From NCBI GenBank assembly GCA_947500875.1, contig CANMUN010000007.1, positions 2,244-66,243 of the forward strand: DNA of 64,000 bases, read 5' to 3'. Below the pieces are notes generated by a model. The model was not told the origin of the DNA. It saw nothing but the letters and a program-made list of their open reading frames with translations, and made no database searches. The DNA is from Flavobacteriales bacterium (lineage in GTDB: Bacteria; Bacteroidota; Bacteroidia; Flavobacteriales_D; Crocinitomicaceae). The translations under genes and the position numbers were made by a program. Below are positions 39,835 to 48,818 of this stretch, piece by piece; within the stretch, counting starts at the first letter, position 1; each line of letters starts with the position of its first letter.

Positions 39835-40281
39835 ATGGAAAAAATACTATTCAACGGACTCGAAGAAGGGGGGACATATCAGATGCGGACCAGCGAATTT
39901 AAACCCAAGCAAGGGTATCAATCCATTTTACAAGAGTTTGATTCCCTCTATGAAAGCTATCAAGGCTCAGGCAAGCTATTTTCGGTACATGGACAGGATG
40001 CTGTGGTTGTTTTGGCGGATACCCATACATTAGCCCTAGTTTTAAATGACCTGGATTTTACCGATTACAGCGCTTTTGCTGAGAATTTATCGCAATTAAA
40101 GGATTACTTATCGAAGGTTGGAATTTCGGCCGAAACGAGCGCAATGTTGGTTCGAATGTTGGAAAACGAGGATTTATCGGTAGGGGGCATCATAGGACAA
40201 CTTGCTGAACCTGGACAAACCATCACGGTCCAATGTATGGATTCCTTGTACGGGAATAACGAATACGAAATAAATGTTTGA
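39835..40281 (+). CDS. Hypothetical protein
   Basis: 148-aa acidic ORF with AT-rich leader; no recognised motif. Confidence 0.55.
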   Translation: MEKILFNGLEEGGTYQMRTSEFKPKQGYQSILQEFDSLYESYQGSGKLFSVHGQDAVVVLADTHTLALVLNDLDFTDYSAFAENLSQLKDYLSKVGISAETSAMLVRMLENEDLSVGGIIGQLAEPGQTITVQCMDSLYGNNEYEINV

Positions 40282-40317
40282 GCCTTAGAAAGGCGTTTGA
40301 TGATGGGTTCTGTTTAT

Positions 40318-42354
40318 CTAATTCAACAGCAAATCAACCATCAACCGTTGATGTACTTGGATGTCTTGGAATAACCATTCTTTCCCCGCATCTCGAAGAT
40401 CTGCATTGTCTTTACATTGTTGTAGCATGATCAAGAATTTGAGCGATGCAACGCTTACTTGCCGAATCTTGCCGGAGGCATCGAGGTAATGTTCCCTTTT
40501 GACCCGCGGAGTCCAATTGGATGCCGAGCTGTTGACATCGCTACCAATCATAGCATAGTTGCCGAAGCAATTGATCTGTTCTTGGGTGGGATCACCATTG
40601 ACCCCTTTGGCATTTGCTTGAGGAAAATAATGCTCTAAACTTCGTCGCGTTCGCGAGAAATAGAAGTGATGGAACATGTTGAGGTCAAACTTGGTACACC
40701 CCATGCGGTCAAAAAAAGCGGAGACGACTTCATCGTTTTTAGCCGGATCGCCGCGCAAATCCTCAAAATATCGGTGCCAAATCGCATAATCCAGGTAATT
40801 GAAAACAAACAAGGGAATTCCCTTCGTTATGGCTGATCCATCGCCGAAAACCGCATTAAAATCAAGGTGCGTATTGCGGATTTGTTCATCGATTTTCCAA
40901 ATTCCAGATTCATCCTTCACGAGTAAAGTAGCGTCAAATGAACCGGGTTTAGGGACGTTGATGTCGTTTAAATTTTCTGGATTCAGGTAAACGTCCTTGA
41001 GGTATTTGTCCGCGAGGCGAAGTACAAAATTGCAGTAATCATCAACGTTTATGCACTGTATGTTTTCCTGACGAAAGAAATAAAACAGGCAATAAAACAG
41101 GTAGTTCTTACGCTGCCTTGCGGTAAATGAAACCTCAAACATGGAAAGAAGGTGCACCAATTTAAATTGCGCTTCGTCCTTTCCACCGCTGTTTTTCAAA
41201 TAGCCGCTCTTTTCCTCTTTATACCAGTGTTGGAGTTTCCATGGGTTGTTGTCTAGCGTATCTTCTTCGTTGGAATGGTGCACGACATAATTATCGAGTA
41301 AGAATTTGGCTTTTAGCAGGTTATAACCAAATTGCCTCACGAAATCCTCGGTCAATTCCCCTAATTCATCGAACTCGTTCAGTAAGCTTTTATCGTCCAA
41401 CGTGAATTTTATCGGATCGAAGGAAGCGTCGTTGGGGTCAGAAATTCGGGTGATTTTGAGCACGATTAATAAAAAATTGGAGAAATCAAGGATGGGCTGA
41501 AACGCATCAATCTCATGTGCGGTGTTTTCGGTTTTTTCCGCGCTGGATGCTGTTAAAATATCCTTGATACTAACCGTTTTTTGGTCGGAAGCAGCTGCTG
41601 CTGTAACAGAGGGAAGGTCTCCAAATTCCTTCGGCTTAAAGGTGCATAAGTTATTTCCAAAAATCTTTGGGTCGTTGTATTTTTGTTGAATGTAAACGTT
41701 CATCTGACTGCAGAATTCCCAGAGCTGATGGAATGTGTTTTTGTCTGCATCGCTTGAGAGCTTTTCGATCAATCGTGCCTTAACGATTTCGTGTTTTTCC
41801 AACTGTTCTCCTCTGGAGTTCATGATTTCAAAATAATGATTCAAGTCAACTTCCCTTGGAACTTGATAGTGGATGATGTGGACCTTGTTCAAGAAATAGG
41901 AGCAGAAGTTTGCTGTGTCGTGTACAGGGACAATTTCCTTCAGGGATGCTTCGGCGGACTGAAAGCCATCAACAATTCCGGCGTCCTTTTGGTCGATGTT
42001 AAAATGGGGAATGCTCCGGATGCTGTCATTCGATTTTTTGCGTGCACGGTAGGTGAGTTGGTTGTTCAATGGTATGCCCAAAGCATTGAGAATCAAGTTA
42101 AGAGTGGTCAAGCGTTGTTGTCCATCGATTACTTCAAATACGTTACCGCCTTTGTGAAATGAAACCAATGTGCCGATATAGTAGTTTTCTTTTCGGTGGA
42201 TCATGGAATCGTAAACATCCTGTATTAGCGTTGCAATTTCTTCCTTTTTCCAAGCGTAATTTCGCTGATAAATAGGCACCTCATAGGTGGCATTTGCTCC
42301 GTTAAAGAGTTCACCAATGGTCAAACTTTTGAGGGGTAAATCGGAATTACTCAT
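40318..42354 (-). CDS. DUF262 + DUF1524 (HNH) protein, GmrSD-like nuclease
   Basis: YEVPIYQRNYAW, VIDGQQR, FEIMNSRG; C-terminal LEHYFPQ...GNYAMIGSDVNSSASN. Confidence 0.88.
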   Translation of the reverse strand: MSNSDLPLKSLTIGELFNGANATYEVPIYQRNYAWKKEEIATLIQDVYDSMIHRKENYYIGTLVSFHKGGNVFEVIDGQQRLTTLNLILNALGIPLNNQLTYRARKKSNDSIRSIPHFNIDQKDAGIVDGFQSAEASLKEIVPVHDTANFCSYFLNKVHIIHYQVPREVDLNHYFEIMNSRGEQLEKHEIVKARLIEKLSSDADKNTFHQLWEFCSQMNVYIQQKYNDPKIFGNNLCTFKPKEFGDLPSVTAAAASDQKTVSIKDILTASSAEKTENTAHEIDAFQPILDFSNFLLIVLKITRISDPNDASFDPIKFTLDDKSLLNEFDELGELTEDFVRQFGYNLLKAKFLLDNYVVHHSNEEDTLDNNPWKLQHWYKEEKSGYLKNSGGKDEAQFKLVHLLSMFEVSFTARQRKNYLFYCLFYFFRQENIQCINVDDYCNFVLRLADKYLKDVYLNPENLNDINVPKPGSFDATLLVKDESGIWKIDEQIRNTHLDFNAVFGDGSAITKGIPLFVFNYLDYAIWHRYFEDLRGDPAKNDEVVSAFFDRMGCTKFDLNMFHHFYFSRTRRSLEHYFPQANAKGVNGDPTQEQINCFGNYAMIGSDVNSSASNWTPRVKREHYLDASGKIRQVSVASLKFLIMLQQCKDNADLRDAGKEWLFQDIQVHQRLMVDLLLN

Positions 42355-43807
42355 TGATTTCCATGAATTTATTCAACTTAAAAAAGTACAAGTAATGCTG
42401 ATAGGTTCCGTCGGCATCCTGTTCCTCCAGCTTTTGCAAATTGGCTTTAATTCTTTTAAGCGGTACAACCGATAATTGTTCGGAAAGCAGGCCGAATAAA
42501 TGCGTCGGAGAATCTGATTCAAGGATGGATTTATAAAGGTTCATGGAATTCGTAACTTGTTCCTTCCCGAGGATGTAATTCTGTGCTGATTGCCATCCTA
42601 AATTGGTGTACTGAGCGCGCAGGGAGTAGGCCCAAACAAAAGCGAAAACTACGAATTGATCGAGCATTTTTAAATCGTTTTGCGTGGGATGAATGGGACA
42701 AAACCTATCAACGTATAGGAGAACAGAGGTATCAAAAAGTAAACGGGCGATTCGGTTACCTACACCGGTTTTGTACTTGCGCAAATCGAGCGTTTTTACC
42801 AGAAAATTATCGTTGATGAAATAGCCCACGTATTTGCTGTTGTCTTGAACATCTTTGAGGATTTCATAATAGTGCTTGGTGTATTCAAAAAAAGGTTTTC
42901 CAGACAAGATGGGCGCTTCTAACTGAAAAGGTTTTAAATCGGTAAATCCCGTAACCGACGGAATGGGCGATTGATTGATCATGTTCGCGTAGGCGTAGGC
43001 TCCTTTGAAATACTGAGCGAAGGGAAAGGTACCTGATTTTGCCAGTCCTTTGAACAGGTGGATGTTGTTTTCATTCAGTTCCGATGCTCGATTTCCTTTG
43101 GTCCATTCTTTCAGTCGGTAGAGGTACTCACTGAATAACAGCGACAGCTGTTGCTGATCTAAATCTTCCCAATTTTTCACCAAATCTTCGATTTCGTCCG
43201 AGCTTAGGTGGTTCATTTCCCGCAGGTGATAGGCTTTCAATAGGTCATGCGGGTAGAGTTTCTTACCCCGAGCGTTTTGCGCATCAAAAAACTGAAAAGC
43301 TTCGGAGATATCATGGGTAATAACCACCATGAATTCACAGTGGCATTGGAGGTATTTCAAAAGATCGTCGCGATCGAATTTTTCTAAATTTCCGAGCCTT
43401 CTTTCCAGTGCCCGATAGTTGGAGGAAATGTTTCGACGGTTGATGGAAATGTTCGACAACGGTTGTTCTAACAACGGTAATTCATGAATGCCCATGGCAT
43501 GAAGTACCAAGGAAAAGGTGATGGTTCGTTGTTGTCCATCAACCATGTTGTAAACCCCTGGTTTTCGTACATCGTGGTGGAGAATGAGGCTTCCAACGCG
43601 GTAAACCTCTTTCTTTTGATTTCGGGCATCGATGATGTCATCCAACAGCTGAAGAGCATTTTTGGCGGTCCATTTATACGGCCTTTGGTAGTTGGGGATG
43701 CGAAGTTGGATGCCTTGAACGCTATTTTTCGTATCCACTCGTGTAATCTTGTGGTTCAACAACAGGTCTTCTACTGTTGTAATACCAAGGGTAAGACTTG
43801 AAGCCAT
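42347..43807 (-). CDS. DUF262 domain protein (GmrS-like)
   Basis: LRIPNYQRPYKW, MVDGQQR, FDAQNARGK; no obvious HNH; overlaps the downstream gene by 8 nt. Confidence 0.85.
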   Translation of the reverse strand: MASSLTLGITTVEDLLLNHKITRVDTKNSVQGIQLRIPNYQRPYKWTAKNALQLLDDIIDARNQKKEVYRVGSLILHHDVRKPGVYNMVDGQQRTITFSLVLHAMGIHELPLLEQPLSNISINRRNISSNYRALERRLGNLEKFDRDDLLKYLQCHCEFMVVITHDISEAFQFFDAQNARGKKLYPHDLLKAYHLREMNHLSSDEIEDLVKNWEDLDQQQLSLLFSEYLYRLKEWTKGNRASELNENNIHLFKGLAKSGTFPFAQYFKGAYAYANMINQSPIPSVTGFTDLKPFQLEAPILSGKPFFEYTKHYYEILKDVQDNSKYVGYFINDNFLVKTLDLRKYKTGVGNRIARLLFDTSVLLYVDRFCPIHPTQNDLKMLDQFVVFAFVWAYSLRAQYTNLGWQSAQNYILGKEQVTNSMNLYKSILESDSPTHLFGLLSEQLSVVPLKRIKANLQKLEEQDADGTYQHYLYFFKLNKFMEINE

Positions 43808-44028
43808 TTGTACCGTATAAACGTGAATGTTGCGCTCAGTAATTGTTTATTGCCGTGCAATCCAAGCACTAAGATACTCGATTTTTGGATTGCTGTCCTT
43901 TTCCGCTCCTCAGAACCGAGTCACCCAGATTGGAATTTTCTCCATGGAGGTTAATGTGACGATGAAGAAAGGGAAAAGTATCCTTGGCAGTAACCCGTTC
44001 GGTACAAGGTAGATCAATGACATTGGGC

Positions 44029-44931
44029 TCAATCAAATAAATCCATGGCCCATCGAAAGGTATTGCAATGCGCCTCTACGATGACATTGATATCCGGAGA
44101 ATACCCGCCGCCAAGCGCAACAGCCACGGGGATTTCGAGGTTCTTTAAGGTTTTGAATACAAATTCATCCCGATGCTTACAATCCGCTAAGCTCACTTCA
44201 AGACGTCCAAATTTATCGGTATTTAAGATATCGACTCCTGCTAAGTAAAAGGCGAAGTCGGGTTTAAACGACTCAATAATTTTTGGAAGATGTTCAGCTA
44301 AAAGGGCTAAGTAGGTCTCTCCGGTAGTGCCGTTTTCAAGTTCAACATCGAGGTCGGATCGCTCTTTATGAAAGGGATAATTCGTTCTTCCGTGCATGCT
44401 AAACGTGAACACCTGTGGATTATTTTCCATCAACTTGGCGGTGCCGTTCCCTTGATGCACATCGAGATCAATGATCAGGACTTTTCGACAATGGTTGTTC
44501 TTCAATAAATAATTTGCTGCAACGGCCATATCGTTTAACAAACAAAACCCCTCACCGCGTTCGGCGAAGGCATGGTGGGTACCACCGGCGATGTTCAATC
44601 CTGCACCATGCTCTAATGCATGCAGGGCAATGTCAATGGTCCCTTGGGTAATGACTAGTTCTCGGTTCACCAGTTCAGGTGATTGCGGAAATCCGATTTT
44701 TCGTTGTTCGGAAGGACTTAATTGTTGTGAAATCAACTTTTCAAAATAACCCGGATTGTGCGTCCATAGCACCACTTCCTGCTCACAGGGATTGGGTGCG
44801 AAAAAATGCGCTGGTGTGCAGGTTCCTTCATGGAGCAGTTGCTGCGGAATCAGTTCATACTTGAGCATCGGAAACCGATGGTTTTCGGGCAGGGGGTGCG
44901 CATAAATCGGGTCAAAAGCAATTTTTATCAT
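44029..44931 (-). CDS. Histone deacetylase family protein
   Basis: HRFPMLKY, GGTHHA, GFCLLND, DLDVHQGNGT, GGGYS. Confidence 0.95.
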   Translation of the reverse strand: MIKIAFDPIYAHPLPENHRFPMLKYELIPQQLLHEGTCTPAHFFAPNPCEQEVVLWTHNPGYFEKLISQQLSPSEQRKIGFPQSPELVNRELVITQGTIDIALHALEHGAGLNIAGGTHHAFAERGEGFCLLNDMAVAANYLLKNNHCRKVLIIDLDVHQGNGTAKLMENNPQVFTFSMHGRTNYPFHKERSDLDVELENGTTGETYLALLAEHLPKIIESFKPDFAFYLAGVDILNTDKFGRLEVSLADCKHRDEFVFKTLKNLEIPVAVALGGGYSPDINVIVEAHCNTFRWAMDLFD

Positions 44932-44951
44932 ACGCGTTACAAACGAAGCAT

Positions 44952-45131
44952 CTAAGCTTCTAAATCGTTATTATTCACTTGGGACTTGATTAATACCTTG
45001 ACGTAGTGACGGTTTCGTCGTTCTTTCTTGGCATTGGCCCGTTTAGCTACGCGTTTATCCGTTACGATGAGGTTGAGATCGTTCAAATCGGATAATTCCC
45101 GCACGTCGTTGATGGAAGTTCGTTTAGGCAC
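44952..45131 (-). CDS. Small basic hypothetical protein (59 aa), below the ORF-track cutoff
   Basis: Hand translation from GTG 45131 to TAG 44952: MPKRTSINDVRELSDLNDLNLIVTDKRVAKRANAKKERRNRHYVKVLIKSQVNNNDLEA; ends 20 nt before the HDAC start on the same strand. Confidence 0.6.
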   Translation of the reverse strand: MPKRTSINDVRELSDLNDLNLIVTDKRVAKRANAKKERRNRHYVKVLIKSQVNNNDLEA

Positions 45132-45225
45132 CCATTAAAAACATGCAAGGTCAAGAAATGTTTGAGCTGCGTTCTGGGTGGCTTTGTTATCTAATTGGGC
45201 TTAATTCCGTATCTTTAAAGTGCAG

Positions 45226-46107
45226 ATGAACCAGCAAAAAATATCCATTCGTTTTTTTAATGACCGTGAGGTTCGTGCGGTTTGGGACGAGGAAAATTCC
45301 AAGTGGTGGTTCAGCGTATTGGATATTGTTTCGGTGCTAACTGATCAAGACGATTATACCAAAACAAGAAACTATTGGAAATACCTAAAAGCCAAACTTA
45401 AAAAGGAAAACAGTGAAGTGGTTAGTGTTACTACCCAGTTGAAAATCCTTGCTCCTGATGGAAAAAAACGATTAACTGATATGTTGGACCAAAAGGGAAT
45501 TGTTGCTTTGGGTAAAGAATTTCCAGGTAAGAAAGCGAATCGGTTTATAGAATGGTTTACCTACAGCGATGAAAGTATTGATGGAAAAAGTAAATCGAAA
45601 GCATATGCGTTATATGAGAGTTCATTTATCGAGAGTATTGAAGTTGGAACAACCAAGGGCTTACAACAAATCCATGCGTATCTTTTTGGTGGATTGTATG
45701 ATTTCGCTGGTCAAATTCGACAAAAGAACATTTCAAAGGGTGGTTTTCAATTTGCGGTATCTCGCTTTTTAGGGGATACACTACAACAAATTGAGGAAAT
45801 GCCAGAAAGCACCTTTGATGACATCATCGATAAATATGTGGAGATGAACATCGCGCATCCATTCATGGAAGGTAACGGTAGAAGTGCGAGAATTTGGTTG
45901 GATTTAATATTAAAGAAACGACTTAAAAAATGTGTGGATTGGAGTTTAATTTCCAAGCGCGATTACATGAATGCCATGGTTATAAGTCCTACCAACAGTC
46001 AAGTGCTTAAACTCACTATCCAACACGCCCTTACCGACAAAATCAATGACCGAGAAATGTACATGAAGGGAATCGATTACTCGTATTATTATGAAGAAAA
46101 TGAGTAG
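45226..46107 (+). CDS. Fic-family adenylyltransferase with BRO-N-like N-terminal domain
   Basis: Fic motif [13 protein letters not shown]-terminus [20 protein letters not shown]...NYWKYLK. Confidence 0.9.
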   Translation: MNQQKISIRFFNDREVRAVWDEENSKWWFSVLDIVSVLTDQDDYTKTRNYWKYLKAKLKKENSEVVSVTTQLKILAPDGKKRLTDMLDQKGIVALGKEFPGKKANRFIEWFTYSDESIDGKSKSKAYALYESSFIESIEVGTTKGLQQIHAYLFGGLYDFAGQIRQKNISKGGFQFAVSRFLGDTLQQIEEMPESTFDDIIDKYVEMNIAHPFMEGNGRSARIWLDLILKKRLKKCVDWSLISKRDYMNAMVISPTNSQVLKLTIQHALTDKINDREMYMKGIDYSYYYEENE

Positions 46108-46120
46108 TTGGGAATTACTT

Positions 46121-46167
46121 CCCCTGGGTGCACCCTTCGATACCTCCTTCGGACTACTCAGGGTGCT
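46121..46167 (+). repeat. REP-like element; inverted copy at 47214-47260
   Basis: CCCCTGGGTGCACCCTTCGATACCTCCTTCGGACTACTCAGGGTGCT; its reverse complement matches 47214-47260 at 43/47 nt by hand alignment. Confidence 0.85.
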
Positions 46168-46235
46168 GGTAAAACTATAATTTCGGCAACCATCTTTACT
46201 CCCAGAGACACCCCGGGCAATACTAGTGAGTAGTG

Positions 46236-47123
46236 TCAGCTGGAAATATTCGCCGCTACCTCGCGAAGTAGATCCTTCACAGAATCCGCATGGAGTTTGG
46301 TGAAGGCAAACCACTTTTTTCCGAGGTCTTTGAGCGATGCTCCGAGGTGATACACTTCATTGTGGTCAATGATTAAAAAGCGGTCGTGGCTTTTGGAAAA
46401 GGGAATTACTTCGAAGTTGTTGTATTGTTCGTTGGCTTTTTTCAGGTCCAGTGCTAATTGCTTGCTGGCATTGTTTTCTCCTCTAATAGAAGTTTTGGTG
46501 AGGATGGAAACCCGAACATCAGGTTCTTTTTTCGACAATTGGGTAAAGGTTTGTTCATCGATGTAGTTATCGATTAACACGATGCGCTGTTTAGCGGAAC
46601 GAATTATCCGAGAGGTGAGTTCATAGGCATCGAAGACTTGTCCGTCCATATAGACACCTTGTGTTGGAATTAGTTTCGTGTTTATTTGAAGGTCAATTTG
46701 ATCCACTTTTTTCGTTAAACCCACTAGATGATCTTCGAGGCGGTTTATGCGGTTGTTCACAGCAAAGCCTTTAAGTAGATAGTTTTTTAATACGCTGTTT
46801 GCCCAAATTCGAAATTGGGTACCTTGAATAGACTTTACACGATAGCCCACAGAAATAATTATATCGAGATTGTAGAATTCTATCTTTCGTTTAACCTTTC
46901 GATTTCCTTCCAATTGAACTATCAAGTATTCCTTGACAGTTGAATTTTTTTCTAATTCTTTCTCTTTAAAACAATTTTGGATATGAAGGCTTATATTTTG
47001 TTTTGTTTGGTTAAAAAGTATAGCCATTTGTTGTTGTGAGAGCCAAACCGTTTCATCTTCCATTTTCACTTCAATCCGCTCAGTAAGGTTATCGGGGTGG
47101 TAAATTATTATCTCGTTTTTCAT
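46236..47123 (-). CDS. RhuM-family (virulence RhuM-like) DNA-binding protein with C-terminal PLD-like domain
   Basis: ETVWLSQQQMA.LF, YNLDIIISVGYRVKS..GTQFRIWA; C-terminal LIDNYID...HDRFLIID...YHLGASLKDLGKK. Confidence 0.85.
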   Translation of the reverse strand: MKNEIIIYHPDNLTERIEVKMEDETVWLSQQQMAILFNQTKQNISLHIQNCFKEKELEKNSTVKEYLIVQLEGNRKVKRKIEFYNLDIIISVGYRVKSIQGTQFRIWANSVLKNYLLKGFAVNNRINRLEDHLVGLTKKVDQIDLQINTKLIPTQGVYMDGQVFDAYELTSRIIRSAKQRIVLIDNYIDEQTFTQLSKKEPDVRVSILTKTSIRGENNASKQLALDLKKANEQYNNFEVIPFSKSHDRFLIIDHNEVYHLGASLKDLGKKWFAFTKLHADSVKDLLREVAANISS

Positions 47124-47177
47124 GGGTTATGGTTGAATGCCTAAGAAAACGTAGAGAATGGGTTTTCAGTATTATTT

Positions 47178-47260
47178 CCTCTGGGTGCGCCCTTCGATTT
47201 CCCATGGGTACAAAGCTCCCTGAGTAGTCCGAAGGACGTGTCGAAGGGTGCACCCAGTGG
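47178..47260. repeat. REP-like palindromic element
   Basis: CTGGGTGCGCCCTTCGA (47181-47197) pairs with TCGAAGGGTGCACCCAG (47241-47257); shares sequence with 46121-46167, 47313-47333 and 62606-62628. Confidence 0.8.
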
Positions 47261-47683
47261 AGAATCATGTCCCTTAACCATGCAACAAAAACTTCATTTT
47301 TGAATTAAAGCGGTCCCTGAGCCTGTCGAAGGGCCGCTTTACATCCCAAAGGCACGGAAAATATAATCTTTAAATTAAACATAAGCTCAGCTCTCCCCTT
47401 GAGGGGAGATTAAGAGGGGTGACCAAATTCAGAGGCACTTGGATGTTCCGGTTTTTGAGCCGTGCTAAGCCTCGTCTTTTTGGCGGAAGTCGCAGAATCA
47501 CCGTCAAAACATAGGCTTAGGAGGTGAGAAAATGCTTCGGTTTGTCTTATGATTTAAAATAGAATTATAAATTACCGAAGCAAGGATAAATCCAGGCCTT
47601 TCGCTTGCGCTGAAGCTTCAGCGAAGGCGCAGATTTTTTGTTTCTTTTGTATCAAGACAAAAGAAAATAATACCTTTATCCAT

Positions 47684-48115
47684 ATGAAACAAATCTCCGT
47701 AGTAGCTGCCGTTATTGAAAAGGAAGGCAAAATCCTGTGCGTGCAGCGCGGACCTTCTTCCCTGGAGTACATCTCGCAGAAATGGGAATTCCCCGGAGGA
47801 AAAATAGAGGCTAACGAAACGGAGCAAGAGACCATTGTGCGTGAAATACGCGAAGAGCTGCACATGCAGTTTGAAGTAGGGGAGAAGCTGATGGTGGTGG
47901 AGCATGCCTACCCCGATTTTCACCTGACCATGCACACCTACCGCGGAACCTCCGCCGATGAACCCACCCTTACCGAACACCTGGCCTACCGTTGGCTCGA
48001 TCCCGAGGCCTTAGCCTCCTTGGATTGGGCGGAAGCGGATGTGCCGATTGTTAAGATTTTATGGAACGAACCTGTGCCAATTACTGCTAACTTCAATAAT
48101 CCAACAATGAAATAA
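47684..48115 (+). CDS. NUDIX hydrolase, MutT/NudG-like (d)NTP pyrophosphohydrolase
   Basis: Nudix box WEFPGGKIEANETEQETIVREIREEL; C-terminal WAEADVP. Confidence 0.92.
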   Translation: MKQISVVAAVIEKEGKILCVQRGPSSLEYISQKWEFPGGKIEANETEQETIVREIREELHMQFEVGEKLMVVEHAYPDFHLTMHTYRGTSADEPTLTEHLAYRWLDPEALASLDWAEADVPIVKILWNEPVPITANFNNPTMK

Positions 48116-48213
48116 AGTTATTTTGATGTTGAAGGCATAGCCACATGATATTTTTTCATAAAAATAAAAATAATTCTAACAAAATTCAACAAGTATTTTC
48201 CTATTTTTGATAC

Positions 48214-48816
48214 ATGTTAGAAAAGGTTCAGTATGGAATTGACGAAAGCGTAGTAACTACTGCATATTTGAAAGTAAAGTCAGTTTCAGTATTTGACGAC
48301 GAAAAAATTCTATCCACGTTGAACAATCCGAAATATCCAATTGCTTTTGAAAATGATTTTCTTCTATTGAAATTAAAGTTATGGATGGGCAGCGTTGGGG
48401 TCCAAGGCAGTGTTAGTTTATTGCTTCCACCTATCGATTTCGATATTGATGATCTTTGGGATTTTTGTCGAAAGGCAGGAATGTGGGATGTGTGGTCGTT
48501 CTTGTCTTTTCAATATCAGTATGACCAGAACTTAAATTCATTCATTGTAATGAATTACAACAGAGGGAACTTTTTTGAAAATGATTTAATGATTTATCAG
48601 AGCATTAGGTTGGATGAGCTGATTGTAGAGGAGGAGTCTTTTGATTCAATTGACGATCTTTTATCCTCTTCCCCGCAAGAATTTGAATTCCCAGAGGGAG
48701 TAACAGATGATTTTTATTACAAAGGATTTTATGCCAAGGCAATTACAGAGAATTTTCTAAATGTTTTAATGCGAATTTGGGAATTTGAGGTAATTGATAA
48801 TCCGATGGAGGCTTAA
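48214..48816 (+). CDS. Hypothetical protein (acidic), first gene of the cysteine desulfurase operon
   Basis: 200-aa ORF ending 2 nt before the desulfurase ATG. Confidence 0.6.
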   Translation: MLEKVQYGIDESVVTTAYLKVKSVSVFDDEKILSTLNNPKYPIAFENDFLLLKLKLWMGSVGVQGSVSLLLPPIDFDIDDLWDFCRKAGMWDVWSFLSFQYQYDQNLNSFIVMNYNRGNFFENDLMIYQSIRLDELIVEEESFDSIDDLLSSSPQEFEFPEGVTDDFYYKGFYAKAITENFLNVLMRIWEFEVIDNPMEA

Positions 48817-48818
48817 CT

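Noticed and set aside
43827..44012. 61-aa ORF between DUF262 and HDAC genes
   Set aside because: Opposite strand to both neighbours, no motif; more likely the promoter region of the DUF262 operon
46121..47340. CRISPR array
   Set aside because: Repeats are few, inverted and irregularly spaced, with no unique equal-length spacers and no cas genes
47572..47980. Minus-strand ORFs of 97 and 120 aa
   Set aside because: Antisense shadows of the NUDIX gene; the same applies to the many short ORFs overlapping well-supported genes throughout the track
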